A DNA stretch of 63,385 nucleotides, filler included, from Licmophora abbreviata (taxonomy: Eukaryota), in the NCBI GenBank assembly GCA_900291995.1. It is 7 parts of 7 records of this genome, joined end to end, with 100 filler letters (N's around TTAATTAATTAA, not from the genome) between each part and the next. Parts side by side here need not be neighbours in the genome. Positions count along the whole stretch, not along the records: positions 44,364 to 63,385 come from OLMU01002988.1; 6 more parts are not named here. The stretch is one strand, 5' to 3'. This document shows, one piece after another, positions 44,514 to 56,433 of the stretch (positions are counted from its first letter, which is position 1; the number at the start of each line of letters is the position of its first letter). A model generated the notes under the pieces. That model saw only the letters and a list, made by a program, of their open reading frames with translations. It did not search any database and was not told where the DNA came from. The position numbers and the translations under genes are program-made.

Positions 44514-46033
44514 CTACGCCCTGGTGAGGGATGTCCATAAACTCCGACTGCCAAATCCAATGCGCTTTGATGACTCGCTATGTAGAGTCCTGCCTTGCGC
44601 TTTGATAGATTTACGGACTGAGTCCAATTCTTCGTCACTATTGTCTTTCGTCACAAACTCAATGAGCATGAAGTCGACCAGTTCATGAAGTGGAACATTC
44701 GCTGCTCCTGCGAAACGTGCAAGAAAGAGGGCAAACTCGTCTCGGTCCAGTCGTTGGTCATTATTGTCGTCAAACGAAGTCATGGCTGCTGCACATTCTT
44801 TTACAGTTTCGTCCATATCTTTTGTGTTGTGGAACTTACGCAATCCCAACACCAGCTCGGATAGGTCGAGATAGCCCGAATGATCAAGGTCCCACAAGTC
44901 AAACAATCGTGTAATCCGCAGACTTTGGACAGCGTCGTCCGATTGGATGGTTTGGCTGTTGCCTCCGGTCGAGAGTTTCTCGATGTTGTGTTTCTGGAAG
45001 ACTTTGGCCAACTTGCCTTTCTTCGCATCACTTCTCTTGTCACAGATTGCTAGAGTCATCAGATTGGCAATCTGATGGAACTTGAGACTACAGGCAGACA
45101 TGACATTTAACAAGAGTGAAGAGAATTGGGGATAATCCAGGTCGATCGACGTGTCATTCTCGCACATGAGGAGTGCTTTCTGTGGGATTGCATCCATGTG
45201 CTTGGTGATCTCTCCCATACTTTTGACAACTTTAGAGATAGGTACTGATCCTGTTCCATGATAGTCTAAAAGCTGAAAGATCATAATCATCCGTCTGTGC
45301 GTGAGAATCAGTCCGTGCGACGTGTTAGCCTGCTAGAAGAAGAAACCGGAACAAGAGCATAGCGGTTTTCGGTATTCGGTACGTACACTTCCATAACGGC
45401 ATCCTGGAACCCTTGTTTCCGACTTGCATTGTCAGTGGAGTCTTGAACAAGCGAAACTATGGCTTCGTCGAGAACACCGGCTCCATTCACAGCAAAGCCT
45501 ACTCGTAGCGCCAGGAACTCGGCGAATTCATCGAGATTGCATTCCATCTCTTGGGCTAGATTAACAAAGAAGTCCTTGAACTCGTAGAGGTCCATTTGTC
45601 CATCATCGTTGATATCATAGGCGGCGATGGACACCACAGCGGCATTCAAACTCTCCTTAAAAGACATTGTATTGTCCATTCGTGCAAATGCGTGGGCCAT
45701 TTCTTCCGAAGAGATTGAACCGCCGCCGTCCTTATCGAAAAGCTCAAAGAGTGTTGATACCTTGTCGTCGTCACTCATCTGCACAAGAGCGTCCAGAAAC
45801 GCCGACTCTGACCTAAGGACTGTCCTCTGTAGCTCATTGAGTTGTCGGGACAGAACAACTGTCTCAACTGGTGAAGGCGCACGGGCAAGCATCTGCTCAA
45901 CAGACGCTGCTGCGATCGCCGAGGCGTGGCGAATCGCGTACTGCTTGGTGGCTTCCATTCTGAAGTCGTCCGAAACCTTCTTACTGCTGCGGATCTTCGC
46001 CTTCCTTTGAGAGGGAGAAGATGGAGCGGTCAT
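44514..46033 (-). CDS. Multi-EF-hand calcium-binding protein, paralogue B; exons 46033-45387, 45294-44514
   Basis: EF loops DKDGGGSISSEE, DINDDGQMDLYE, DLDHSGYLDLSE, DDNNDQRLDRDE. Intron 45386-45295 at the same codon position as in paralogue A (DAVMEV|RMIMIF). Confidence 0.88.
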
Positions 46034-46454
46034 ATTCTGTATGGAAGGGCAAAGGCGGGCACGAACAAAGACAAGTTTAGTATTAAAAAGCCCCTTGAAT
46101 TGTGAGCTCGGATCCACTGGTTGCTTGAAAGCGCTTTGGGAGTCGATTGATAAATCTCAGCATATGCCTTTGATGACTATGACCATGTCAAGATGAGCCC
46201 TTGAAGTATCATGACAGAATTGAGAGTACGAATACATAAAAGTAAAAATATGGTATACGAGAACTACGTCAAAGCAAGCCTTTGAGTATGTTGTCAAAGA
46301 CAAAGCCGCGCGCCCGCACCGGCCCGCATGATACCGCGCTTTTCGTGTCACACTTCATCGACCAAATTTGAAATTGCCTGCATCATCCTGAGCCGTGAGG
46401 CCTGCGTCGCTTGTCGATAGCCTAATGCCACATCACGCTACCACATCGGTGACG

Positions 46455-46892
46455 ATGCTTTCTTTCCGACAGCTGCTCGTTTATCTCTTCGCTGGTTCCG
46501 CTGTTGAAGCCATGCACCGAGCCGACAACTCCAAGTACTTTCTGTTTATCGAGCCAGACGCGTCTTCCAAAGCGACGCAGCCTGTCGACGACGAACTGAC
46601 ACGTTCCTTAGAAACGGCCTTTTCAAAGAGCGTAAAGGGCATTTCAGACTACACAAACTTGAAATCAAAGGGAAAGTTTACTGCTGGTGGAGGATACAGG
46701 GGCTTCCACTTTGTAGAGGATGGAGAAACCTCGACCGTATACGACTATCTCCTCCCGAATGGATTCATTACAAACAGCTGCTGCCTTCACTACGCTAGGT
46801 ACTACCGCGAACAGATCCCAGACACGGAGATGCGAAAGTTGAGAGATTTGCATTACTATGAACAAAAGAAAATTGGATCCTCTGATCTATGA
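46455..46892 (+). CDS. Small intronless secreted protein of unknown function (145 aa)
   Basis: Signal peptide MLSFRQLLVYLFAGSAVEA, then globular-looking FLFIEP..PVDDELT..YRGFH..DYLLPNGFITNSCCLHY..IP..E..KL. Confidence 0.72.
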   Translation: MLSFRQLLVYLFAGSAVEAMHRADNSKYFLFIEPDASSKATQPVDDELTRSLETAFSKSVKGISDYTNLKSKGKFTAGGGYRGFHFVEDGETSTVYDYLLPNGFITNSCCLHYARYYREQIPDTEMRKLRDLHYYEQKKIGSSDL

Positions 46893-47066
46893 GTCACATT
46901 GGAATTCCTGGAGGGTCGATGAGCGGAGTCGCTACATACGTGTTATGTCCTCCCTACGAAAAAAATCTTGTATGGATCCGATCCATACTGCTACCATCAC
47001 AGCGCGACTCTATCCTAAGCTGCTTCGTACTCTTTGGCACTTACGCTAACTATTAGAGTTCGGCAT

Positions 47067-50000
47067 TTATGCGTAACAATGCGTACAACACGAACAGGCC
47101 AGTTTCGGATCCTGACCCGCACAGTCTACCTTGAATTCCATGAGGCGGACGTCCATCAGATCGCACACCGTGCCAGGAACCTCCCCCGAAATTAGGTTCC
47201 AGTACAAACGGAATTTCTCTTTCGGAACAAGACAGATGTAATTCAGAACGGTGAGTCGTGTCGGAGACGTGGTAGAAGGCGGCATCTTTCGCAGCGTAGC
47301 GAAATAGTGTACTTACGAAGCCTTGTCAGCTCGGCGACTGCTGTAGGTAGCGTTCCACGCAATAGATTGTCCTGCAAGAATAGGTTCTCTACATTCACAA
47401 AAGAAAAGATATGGGTAAGTGAGTGCAGAACCCATGCGATTGCTAGGCCCATAATCCAAACGGCCACGTACCGAGCTTCCAAGCTTTGGCGATTTGGGAT
47501 GGAATTGGCCCCATTAGACCATTCGAATAGGCACGAAAGTTCCTTAGATTCGACATTCCTCCTATCTCGGTCGGTATTGGACCAGTTAGCCGGTTTCGCT
47601 GCAGATAAAGCGTTTCTAGTGTGACAGTACGACAAAGAGAAGAACAAATGAGAGTGTCATTCATTCCAATGTGTCGGTAGCTACGCAGGAGTTGAGCTTA
47701 CCGATATCATTCATTGTTCCGAATTCTGTGGGGATTGGTCCCGTAAGCATATTGTTGTCGACATACAGGGCCACTTAAAGTATGTAGGCACAATCAAAGA
47801 GTGAGTCTAGCGGCACCCGATAGGATGTTTCAGTACGCCCGAACAGTATTTGCACATACCTACGCTCCGAAGGCTGGCGAGATCCGTTGGAATGTTTCCT
47901 GTCAACTTATTGGCATATAGATGTAGCTCCTCTGTGAATATTATGATCAAACAGTAGCAGTGAGCGACGAAAGCAATTTCCAGGATGCCCAATTCTATGC
48001 AAGTCGACCTACCCAAGCGCTTGCCAAGAAGTCCCAGTTCGCTGGGGATTGTCCCAGTGAGCTCGTTTCGATCCACGTAAAGTATCTCTGTCGATATGAA
48101 TGGGAACAGTGGCCGAGAAGTGAGTCAAGTCCTCGTGACCTCATCCGCTCTATGTCATGAGTTGTCGTAATACGTACCAAGCGATGTCAAGTCCGATAGA
48201 GATGATGGTATACTTCCACCAAGCTGAAACAATTCGAGGCATACGCAAGGGTGAGCGCAACAAGGGTCGAGCAGCAATGTGATATTAGTCGGTTGACTTA
48301 CGTTGTTCTGTCGGAGGCGTAGATCGACTGATTGCGGAGATACGAGAACGTCGATGTTAGATTTGCAACACTGCCGATCGTTCCAGCACACGTGATTGAA
48401 CTTACCCAGCTTTCCGAGACTTCCCATCGAAGATGGAATATTACCTGACAAATAGTTGGTATCGAGGTACAACGACGCTGGAAGGGATTCGCGACAATAA
48501 GATCAGAAGACGAACGAAGCGAAGGCGTAAGTTCACACCCGTCGAAAAGTAAGACGAACTCACTCAGATTCTGCAGCGAAGAAAGGTCTGGAATGACGCC
48601 TGTCAAATAGTTATTGTATGCACTCAGCGATTTCAGATTGCTGAGACCCCCTATGGAATCGGGTATATTTCCTTCCATGTAGTTTCCCTCCAGATACAAA
48701 CGTTCAAGGTCAGTCAACTTGGCGATCTCGTCGGGGACCGTTCCAGTAAGGAAGTTGTTCGCGACTGATAGGTAGCCTTTAGTTGGGACATTCAGAGCAA
48801 CGCGGTAAGGGCATACACTTGTTGACAAAAGCGACCAACACATTGCTGTACCTCACGGAACTTACGCAGTTCGGCCAACAGACCGATTTCGGAGGGAAGG
48901 CTGTCGAAGAACCCGTTCGACTCCAACGAGAACCACCGCATGTCTTGATTGGCTAGAAATAGCTCCCTCGGAACCCTCCCACGAACGTTGTTCTGCGTCA
49001 TGTTGAGCAAAATAAGACCGTTGTTGCCGTCATACACCGTATCACGCACGGATGTTTGAGGACGATGATGACACGCAACCCCATACCACGAACAAATGCC
49101 ACGTGCCGACAACCATCCGTCTTCGTTCATCCAACTCGCTTGCGTAGCAAAATCATCCCCCTCGGACCCGTCCTCGGGTATCTCCAGCTCCGACGCATCA
49201 TCCGACTTGTTCTCATCCACTCGTTCTTCGTCGGCGACTGGCTCATCTTCCTCATCACCGTCTCCACGACCTGTTGTAGTGTTCCTCACATTGGTGAAGT
49301 TATTCGCGTCGACGACCTCCGTACGGTAAATGTATTCACCGTGAGTTGAATAATAGAAGACAGCAAGAGAGTAGCGCTGCAATAAGAATTGGTCGTCCAC
49401 ATCAAGCTGCGCCGGGTCACCGTTGGAAATCCACTCGAGCGCTTGGAATTGAGCCCTTCCTTCCGTCACCAAATCTTCCACGAGCGAGAGACCAGACTCC
49501 TCGATGCGACTACTAATAGTCTCGTACCGCTCGCTTGGTGTCATGGAATGCCCAGAATTTGAGCTAATCGTGCCGTCCTTGGTGAGCACAATCACCGATG
49601 GAATGAGTACAGCCAGGAAGACAAACAACCCTAGAAAACACTTCTTCCCCCGGCCGTCCGCCATGACAGTCTCGTATCGAGATCGGATGCCAAAGCGGTA
49701 TGAATCCGTTCTCAGTGCAAAGTCTGCGATACTCTTTCGAAACGATATGTAGAGGGAAGTCATCATGGACGGGTGATAGCTGAAGTCAGGATCGCTTGAA
49801 TGCTTTCCAGTGTCACCGTATCGAAAGATGCCGTCGCCATTTCTACCACGAGAGCTCTTTCCGATAGCTTCAGATTGTCCTCCAGGTCTAAAGTTTAGCC
49901 ACAGATTCTGAGACTGGTCATTGTCTGCGGCAGTCTCAAAGAAAGAATGAGGGTCGTCCTCGACAGTCTTGTGGTTGGCTGCTTTTGGGGTTGCGTTGAT

Positions 50001-50204
50001 GTCTTCTTCGTCTTCATAGAGAAAGCGTCGGGCCGAATCCATGTTCAACTGAGACACTCCGGGGTTGCGAGTTCCTCGTAGGGGCTTGGGACTCTTACTC
50101 CCGCGCCTTCGAGCAGGTGACCCGTTGCTTCGAGAAGAGGCGGCATCGGACATTGTCTGCATCTGGCGCCGGATCGACGCACGACGAGTTTCGAACGAGC
50201 TCAT
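47067..50204 (-). CDS. Type-II membrane leucine-rich-repeat receptor-like protein; exons 50204-48866, 48776-48564, 48477-48406, 48327-48302, 48223-48178, 48087-48013, 47931-47860, 47773-47702, 47615-47472, 47388-47317, 47218-47067
   Basis: TM CFLGLFVFLAVLIPSVIVL; QFQALEWI..D, LQRYSLAVFYYST, ICSWYGVAC N-cap; plant-type LxLxxNxLxGxIPxxLxxL repeats; C-terminal DC..ACSCCTHC. All ten introns are GT-AG and keep the frame. Confidence 0.9.
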
Positions 50205-50439
50205 TTTTCGGAGGACTCTTGTTACTGAAAGTAGATCCACTTGCTTTGATAGAACGATGGAACACAGTCAAGATAACGATGTGGGCGACTGTAGGATATG
50301 CCGTCAAGCAAAGTGAATGCCAGCCAGCCTGCCTCCCAAAGTTGCAATTTTGCCTGAATTGTGACCGTACATCGACTTCACATTTATGCGAGCGCATAGG
50401 TCGTAGTTTGGACACTTTGGTATTTATGCGAGACGTTGT

Positions 50440-50449
50440 ATGACGTCAT
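50440..50449. promoter_or_regulatory. ATGACGTCAT palindrome (bZIP site) in divergent promoter LRR / choline transporter
   Basis: Perfect 10-bp palindrome about 85 nt upstream of ATG 50534; function is inferred only. Confidence 0.35.
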
Positions 50450-50533
50450 CGGGGTCACTCTCCTCTCCGTGATTTCTTGTAGTCGAGTGAGTCGGAACGA
50501 GACTTCAATCCTTTGTTCCGAATTTCTGAGGAT

Positions 50534-52233
50534 ATGTCACTGCACGACCCACTTTTTCTGTTGACCATGGAGGACCCCATCGCCCTTGATTCATCCAAGC
50601 AGGAGCTTTCAGAGCGCCTGCTGACTTCTACTGGTAACCCAGACCTAGAGGCACAGGATGTGGTGATGGATGAAGAGCTGCGGACCCAGCAAACGTGGAC
50701 AAGGGGACAGAAACAGCCGGCGCAGTTTCGAGACCCGATCTTTGCAGTGATCTTCGTCGTACAGATGGTGGTTGTCCTCTTTCTTGCCTTTCGGTGGGGA
50801 ATTCCTGCTCTCCACTACTCTGTGCCAAATTCGAACGAGACAATTCGATTCTCGGGCGTCATCTACATCACTCTTCTCTCCGGCTTGGCAGCGGTCGCCA
50901 TTTCGACTCTCGCACTCTCCTTCATGGCTCGCTTTGCAGCCACGCTGGTCCAGATTAGCGCCTTGTTCTCTATGTGTAGCGTCTTCATCATGGCTATCAC
51001 CATGATGGTCAAGGGGTACACCGGTGGATCTCTCGTCATGCTTCTATTCTTTGCGATAAGCGCCTGCTACACGCGCTTGATATGGAAGCGAATCCCGTTT
51101 GCCGCCGCGAATCTTGTCACGGCACTTACGGCTGTGCGGACGAATCTTGGTGTCGCGGCCGTGGCATATGGTCTCACGACAATTGCCTACGTATGGGTCG
51201 TCCTTTGGACGTTGGCTGTGATGGGTGTCTACGTGAGGACAGGAGAATGCCGAAACGGCGTGTGCGAGGACAACATGAATCCGTTCGTATCCGTTCTGTT
51301 TCTCCTCTCCTTCTTCTGGTCCCAACAAGTCATACGGAATCTGCTGCAGGTCACGGTCGCGGGAGTAGTCGGTACATGGTGGATTGCACCGGTTGATGCC
51401 TCTTCAACGTGGTCGACGTCTCTCGTCGACTCTTTTACGCGCAGCGTCACTACCAGCTTTGGCTCTGTGTGCATGGGGAGTCTCCTCGCGGCTCTTCTAC
51501 AGATGCTTCGTACGTTGGTGTCCAACGCCCGGCGGAATGGCAACGGAGATGGTATTCTCATGTGCATTCTTGAATGCGTGTTGAATCTCCTGGAGGGTTT
51601 GATCGAATACTTCAACAAGTGGGTGAGTTCTTGTCGTGCATTGTCATATCTTGAAACATCTTGCTTGCGATATTTCTCTGTCGTTCTGACGTGTCCATGT
51701 ATCGTCTTTTGCGACCAGGCCTACGTTTACGTGGGACTTTATGGTTATAGTTATCTTGAAGCTGGAAAGAAAGTCTTCACTCTCTTTCAGGAACGCGGAT
51801 GGACGACGATTATCAATGACGATCTGGTATCGGGAGTGTTATTTGTCATGAGCGTCGTCGTTGGTGCGCTGACGGGATGCATCGGGCTTGCGATGAGCTC
51901 TGCTCACAAGTCCTGGATCTCCGAGTTTCCCGACGATGAGCAGCCAATGGCAGCTTTCCTCACGGCCTTTCTCATTGGAACAGCGCTAGCGTCTATTCTG
52001 GTACGTATCGCGAGTCGTGCGAGAGCGGCAAAAAAGAGATCTATTGTTTCCTTACGGATGCTCGTTTCGCACATGTGTAACTGCAGATGAGCGTTGTTGC
52101 TAGCGCCGTCGATACTGTCATCGTATGCTTTGCTGAAGTACCATTCGAGTTCCAAGCGAATCATCCGCAGCTCAGTCAGCAGATGGTTGCAGCATGGCAG
52201 AGAGTGTATCCAGACGAGTTCAACTTCTTTTAA
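50534..52233 (+). CDS. Choline transporter-like (CTL/SLC44/PNS1) membrane protein; exons 50534-51622, 51719-52000, 52087-52233
   Basis: FRDPIFAVIF, KRIPFAAANL, VTVAGVVGTWW, TTSFGSVCMGSL, YFNKW|AYVYVGLYGYSYLEAGK, IINDDL, SAVDTVIVCFAE. Introns 51623-51718 and 52001-52086. Confidence 0.92.
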
Positions 52234-52400
52234 CAGGACACAGGGGTTGCTGTTGGGTTCTTGGTCCTTCGTGACAAGTAAGGCGTGCATGACAATGTTT
52301 GTACCTGTTATGGTAATTCTAGAATTCATGAATGATCATACCGATATGGTTTTTGTCTCGAGGCCTACTATCTAGCCAGTTCTACTTCGTGTTTACTGCT

Positions 52401-55400
52401 CTATATCCGCATCTTGGATTGTCTATCGCTGCGCTGTAGCCGAGCGAATTGGATGCCTCCGCCAACGAGACCGATCAGCGCTGCTGCCTGGAGGGTGGGA
52501 ATACCCCTGCAAAGAATCAGCGGGATTATATTCAGTGGAGCAGCCAACAGCAAATTTGAAGCTGCCGTCCTTTCGGCGGCCCACATGTGAGTAACAAGAA
52601 GGTACAGACTTGGAAGAATTGCGACGAGTCCCCCGAGGTGGAGCAGAGGACCCAAGAGGCTATCCGCTGTCCAGAAGCTGCTGCCAGCCAATTTCGCCGA
52701 AGTCGCAATCGCCTGACTGTGCATGATGTTCTTCTGAACGATTGATGCGAGCTCGTTGGCGACTGTCATTCCTGCTAACCCAGCTTCGCCGTGAACACCA
52801 GCGAACACATCGCGCGCGCTTGTTGGTGTGACCAGAAATCCGCATCCACGGAAGAAGATCGTATAAGCGGAGGCACAGAGCAGCACGACAACCGAAGCAG
52901 TTACCGGCGGTGCCATCAAATTTGAAGGGCCCAACGTCGAGAGATTGATGCCAAAGGACCCAGCGGGTCCACGAGTTGTAGCAGCTACTCGCTGAATCTT
53001 GCCCCTCTTTAGAACGGAGACTTCGCCCTCTAGAGACAACAGGATACCCGAGGTCAAAACGGTTCCAAGTACGGACGCCTGAGCGTATGGAGGGCGTAAC
53101 TATGTGAGAGCGCAGTTTCGCAAGAAGTTATCGAGGCAACTAGTAAAGCAAACACATACCGAAATACCGAACATTGACACCATCTCGAACGATACGTCAA
53201 GGCCAGCGACACCATATCGTCCGAAACACACAACGACGGAGCATAAATATGACACCACGCAGCTCAAGTTTCCGAGGCCACGCGTCATCGCGTTCTTAGT
53301 GGATCGACATTTCATCACGACAGATATCGCCAGCGCAACAAAGCAGCACATGGTCAAGTAAGTCGAAAGCCACCCTCCCATTCCGAACGGATGAGCGGCA
53401 CCTTTCACAAACTGAGTGGTCCCAGCGAGAAGACCAAAGACTGGGAAGGCGCCGATCCATACCTTCGAAACCTGGACAGCTTCGTCAAAGTTCTGCAGCT
53501 CCAAGAAGTAGCCCAGCACGCACACGACCGTGCCAAAGAACGACATGGCCATACACGCCGTTGCAGTCACAAAGATGGCCAAGAAGCCCTCCTCGCTCAT
53601 GCACTCTAGCGTAATGAACCACGAGATCCCACATCCAAACATAAGACTAAACACCATCAGACGGAAGAGCACCAACGTATCTTTCTGGCGTGATCCGTCG
53701 CGACGCTCTCTCAGCTCAAGTGGGCCCGCAATCGCAAGCAGAGTAGCTAGCGTTGCCGAGATAAGACCCCAGCCACCCATTCTCGTGCGTCCACTAGTCA
53801 CAAGTAGCGCTCCATTACTCGAAATGGACGAGTACAGATTCGATGACTTGATGTCTCCTGGCAAAGTGGGCGCAGATATTGCGACACCAATGCCCATGAG
53901 AAACGTCAGCGCCGCAATTCTTTTCCATGCCTCGCCACCACCGTCGGGCAGATAGTGGTTTATCATGGAAAGCGAAGCCATTCCCCACAACGACAAGGCG
54001 AATCCCACTAGCTCGCTGAGTGCAGGCGTCGAAACGTAGAAAGCCCCACTGTAGTGACCAGCCATGACGCTGACGAGGGGCTTGAGCACCAGGGGCACGG
54101 ATGCCACCAACGTCACCGGGAGAATTATCATCATGTACACCACAATTGCCCACTCCGCGCTTGGCGAGGAGCTGTTTTCGGGCTTGCCACTCGGACCGAG
54201 GGCTCTCTTGTAGCGAGCACCGCCGGCCTTCATGTGTACTGCTTCGAGAAAGGCCCGTGGCGCCAGCATGACGAACACGACCAGCGAAGCAGAAAGTGCT
54301 CGGACAAGCAACACGGACGCACCTTTGCTGGCATTTGCTACGGGATCCAGCACGACTTCATTCATGTCCACGAACACGGCCGTCGCCTTTCCGAGGCTAA
54401 CCGAACATACAGCGACTGCAGCCTTGTTTGCCACAATCTTGTTTTTCTGCATGAACCACGTGATTCCGGCAAGCACCGCGCTCGTCATGAGTGCCATCAA
54501 TGGATCGTATATCATTTCTTCCTCGTCCTCGTCGCTGTCATGTGACTCGATCCCCATGAGCTCGCGGAACGGAATTGGACATTTCAGAAGACTTGCCTCC
54601 AGAACGCAAAGCGAGACGGCGTAAGCGACGAGCAGAATTCCTGCTATGTCAAATTTCTTCAGCACAGCCGATCCCGTGCCTCCACCCGATCGCACAGCCA
54701 GTCCAGCGACTAACCCGACCAGGCACGACGAGCCCACAGTGATCATGCCAAACCGGATCAAACCTAGATTGACACCTGGAATCGACATCGCTACAGTCGA
54801 CTGGATCCCCGCAAATCGATACGAGAACACCACGAGACCGGTCGAATGAACGACGAACAAAAAGATAGCCAGGTATCGAAGCTGCAAATAGCAAGAAACG
54901 CAGGGGCAATACAATTAGAGAAACGAAAATAGTCGAAGTGCATGGGTGAGGCAGACGACACACTTACCATTCGTGTACTGATCCAAACGGAGAGACCCAG
55001 GAATGCTAAAATTGGCAAAGGCGTCATATTCCAGGGCATACCTACAGCTTTTCCTAGACACAAGCCTGTCGCCGCCAAACTGAGTTGCACAACGTCTTCG
55101 TGGTATTCCCCGAAAAGAGGCTCGCCCGTCTGAGATGACTTGCGACCCCACATCCAGCCCGCTGTCAACGACATCAACGTTGCCAGCGTGAGGTAGATCG
55201 ACACCAGAACACCGGAGCCAATATTGTGTCCATTAAATTGATAGGAAATGGCTTGACAGGCGGGGATGAGATACGCCTGCTGCACAGACAAGGATGCGAC
55301 CAAGGATAATAGCATGGGAACGAAGGCGCCGCGCAATGTTTTCGTACCCCCAGCCGAGAATAGCCACGGCACCATGTAGGGTCCCTGGGGTTTCAGCGTA

Positions 55401-56433
55401 TGCAGTCCATAATGCAACAAGTACGGGACCGAGCAAACAAGGACAATCTCGTACCACTCGTCAAACGACGCGTATAGACTGACGATGCGACGCCGAAATG
55501 TCACGAGATATATCAGGGGCGGCACAAACAGCAACAGGAGCGAATGAAGCAGAGTGGTCTGAGTCTGCAACAAATACTGCCGTTTCTCGTTGGCATCTTG
55601 CCCATTTGCGTTTGAGCCGTACGGGGTCATGAAGTTCAACACGCATCCAACACAGTACATGCCAACGACAAGCAACAGAGCCCAAACATGAGGCGCTCCC
55701 GCTGCAGCTCGGTCCACACGGCCCCATTCTTGCGAAGTAGTCACATAAAAGTCCGTCACAATGGACGCAGCCACGGGTGGAATCAAAAAGTGCAAGCTAC
55801 GAGCCGCTTGTTCGGCAATCGACGGCATGTCACGAGCCAACCACTGAAACTGCAACGAGCACCAACAGGCCTGTAAATAGAGCAAAACGCCAAAAGGAAT
55901 GAGAATCATGGGTTCCCATACCTGGTACTGAATAGTTTAGAATTTAGCAGTGTTCTACTCACCAAGCACAGTAGCAGCAGTGTATCGACGGCGACGCGCA
56001 ATATTGAGGCAGTCGTACTGCCATTGGCAATGAGCAGCCATCCGTTGGTCATACTGACTACGACCCATCCTATCCAAAGCGTCCTCCACGTTGCTTGCTT
56101 AGCATTGGCGAGATCCATGGCATAGAGCACCAGAGTAACAAACAAGAAAACTTGCAGGAGTAGCGAGCTGCTAGTCCACAAGAGAAGAAAGAGAGGAATC
56201 AATATCCATGGTAGCGTGACTCGTGAGTGTGAGTACTTTCTAGGCAATTTTGAGGACTGCTGGAGGTCCATCGGTCGAGCAACAGCCGGTGGAATCGAGC
56301 TGCTGTAGGTCATCGGTGTTGGTATCGATACTACAGGTGCGACGGGTGGGTGGACCTGTGTCGAGTGGGACATGTAAGATGAGTAGCCAGCCGCGTTGCT
56401 ACTGGCAGCGCCGTAGTATGACTGCGTCGTCAT
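52401..56433 (-). CDS. NEF1: Polytopic membrane protein homologous to plant NO EXINE FORMATION 1; exons 56433-55963, 55870-54968, 54881-53160, 53078-52401
   Basis: WCSLQFQWLARDMPSIA..L.FLIP resembles the NEF1 N-terminal motif (WxSLQFKW..PSI) as recalled; more than 20 TM segments. Three phase-0 GT-AG introns join four ORFs. Confidence 0.72.

Noticed and set aside
42455..46033. Idea that the two EF-hand genes are uncollapsed haplotypes on either side of a gap
   Set aside because: Many amino-acid differences, indels and unrelated intron sequences indicate old paralogues.
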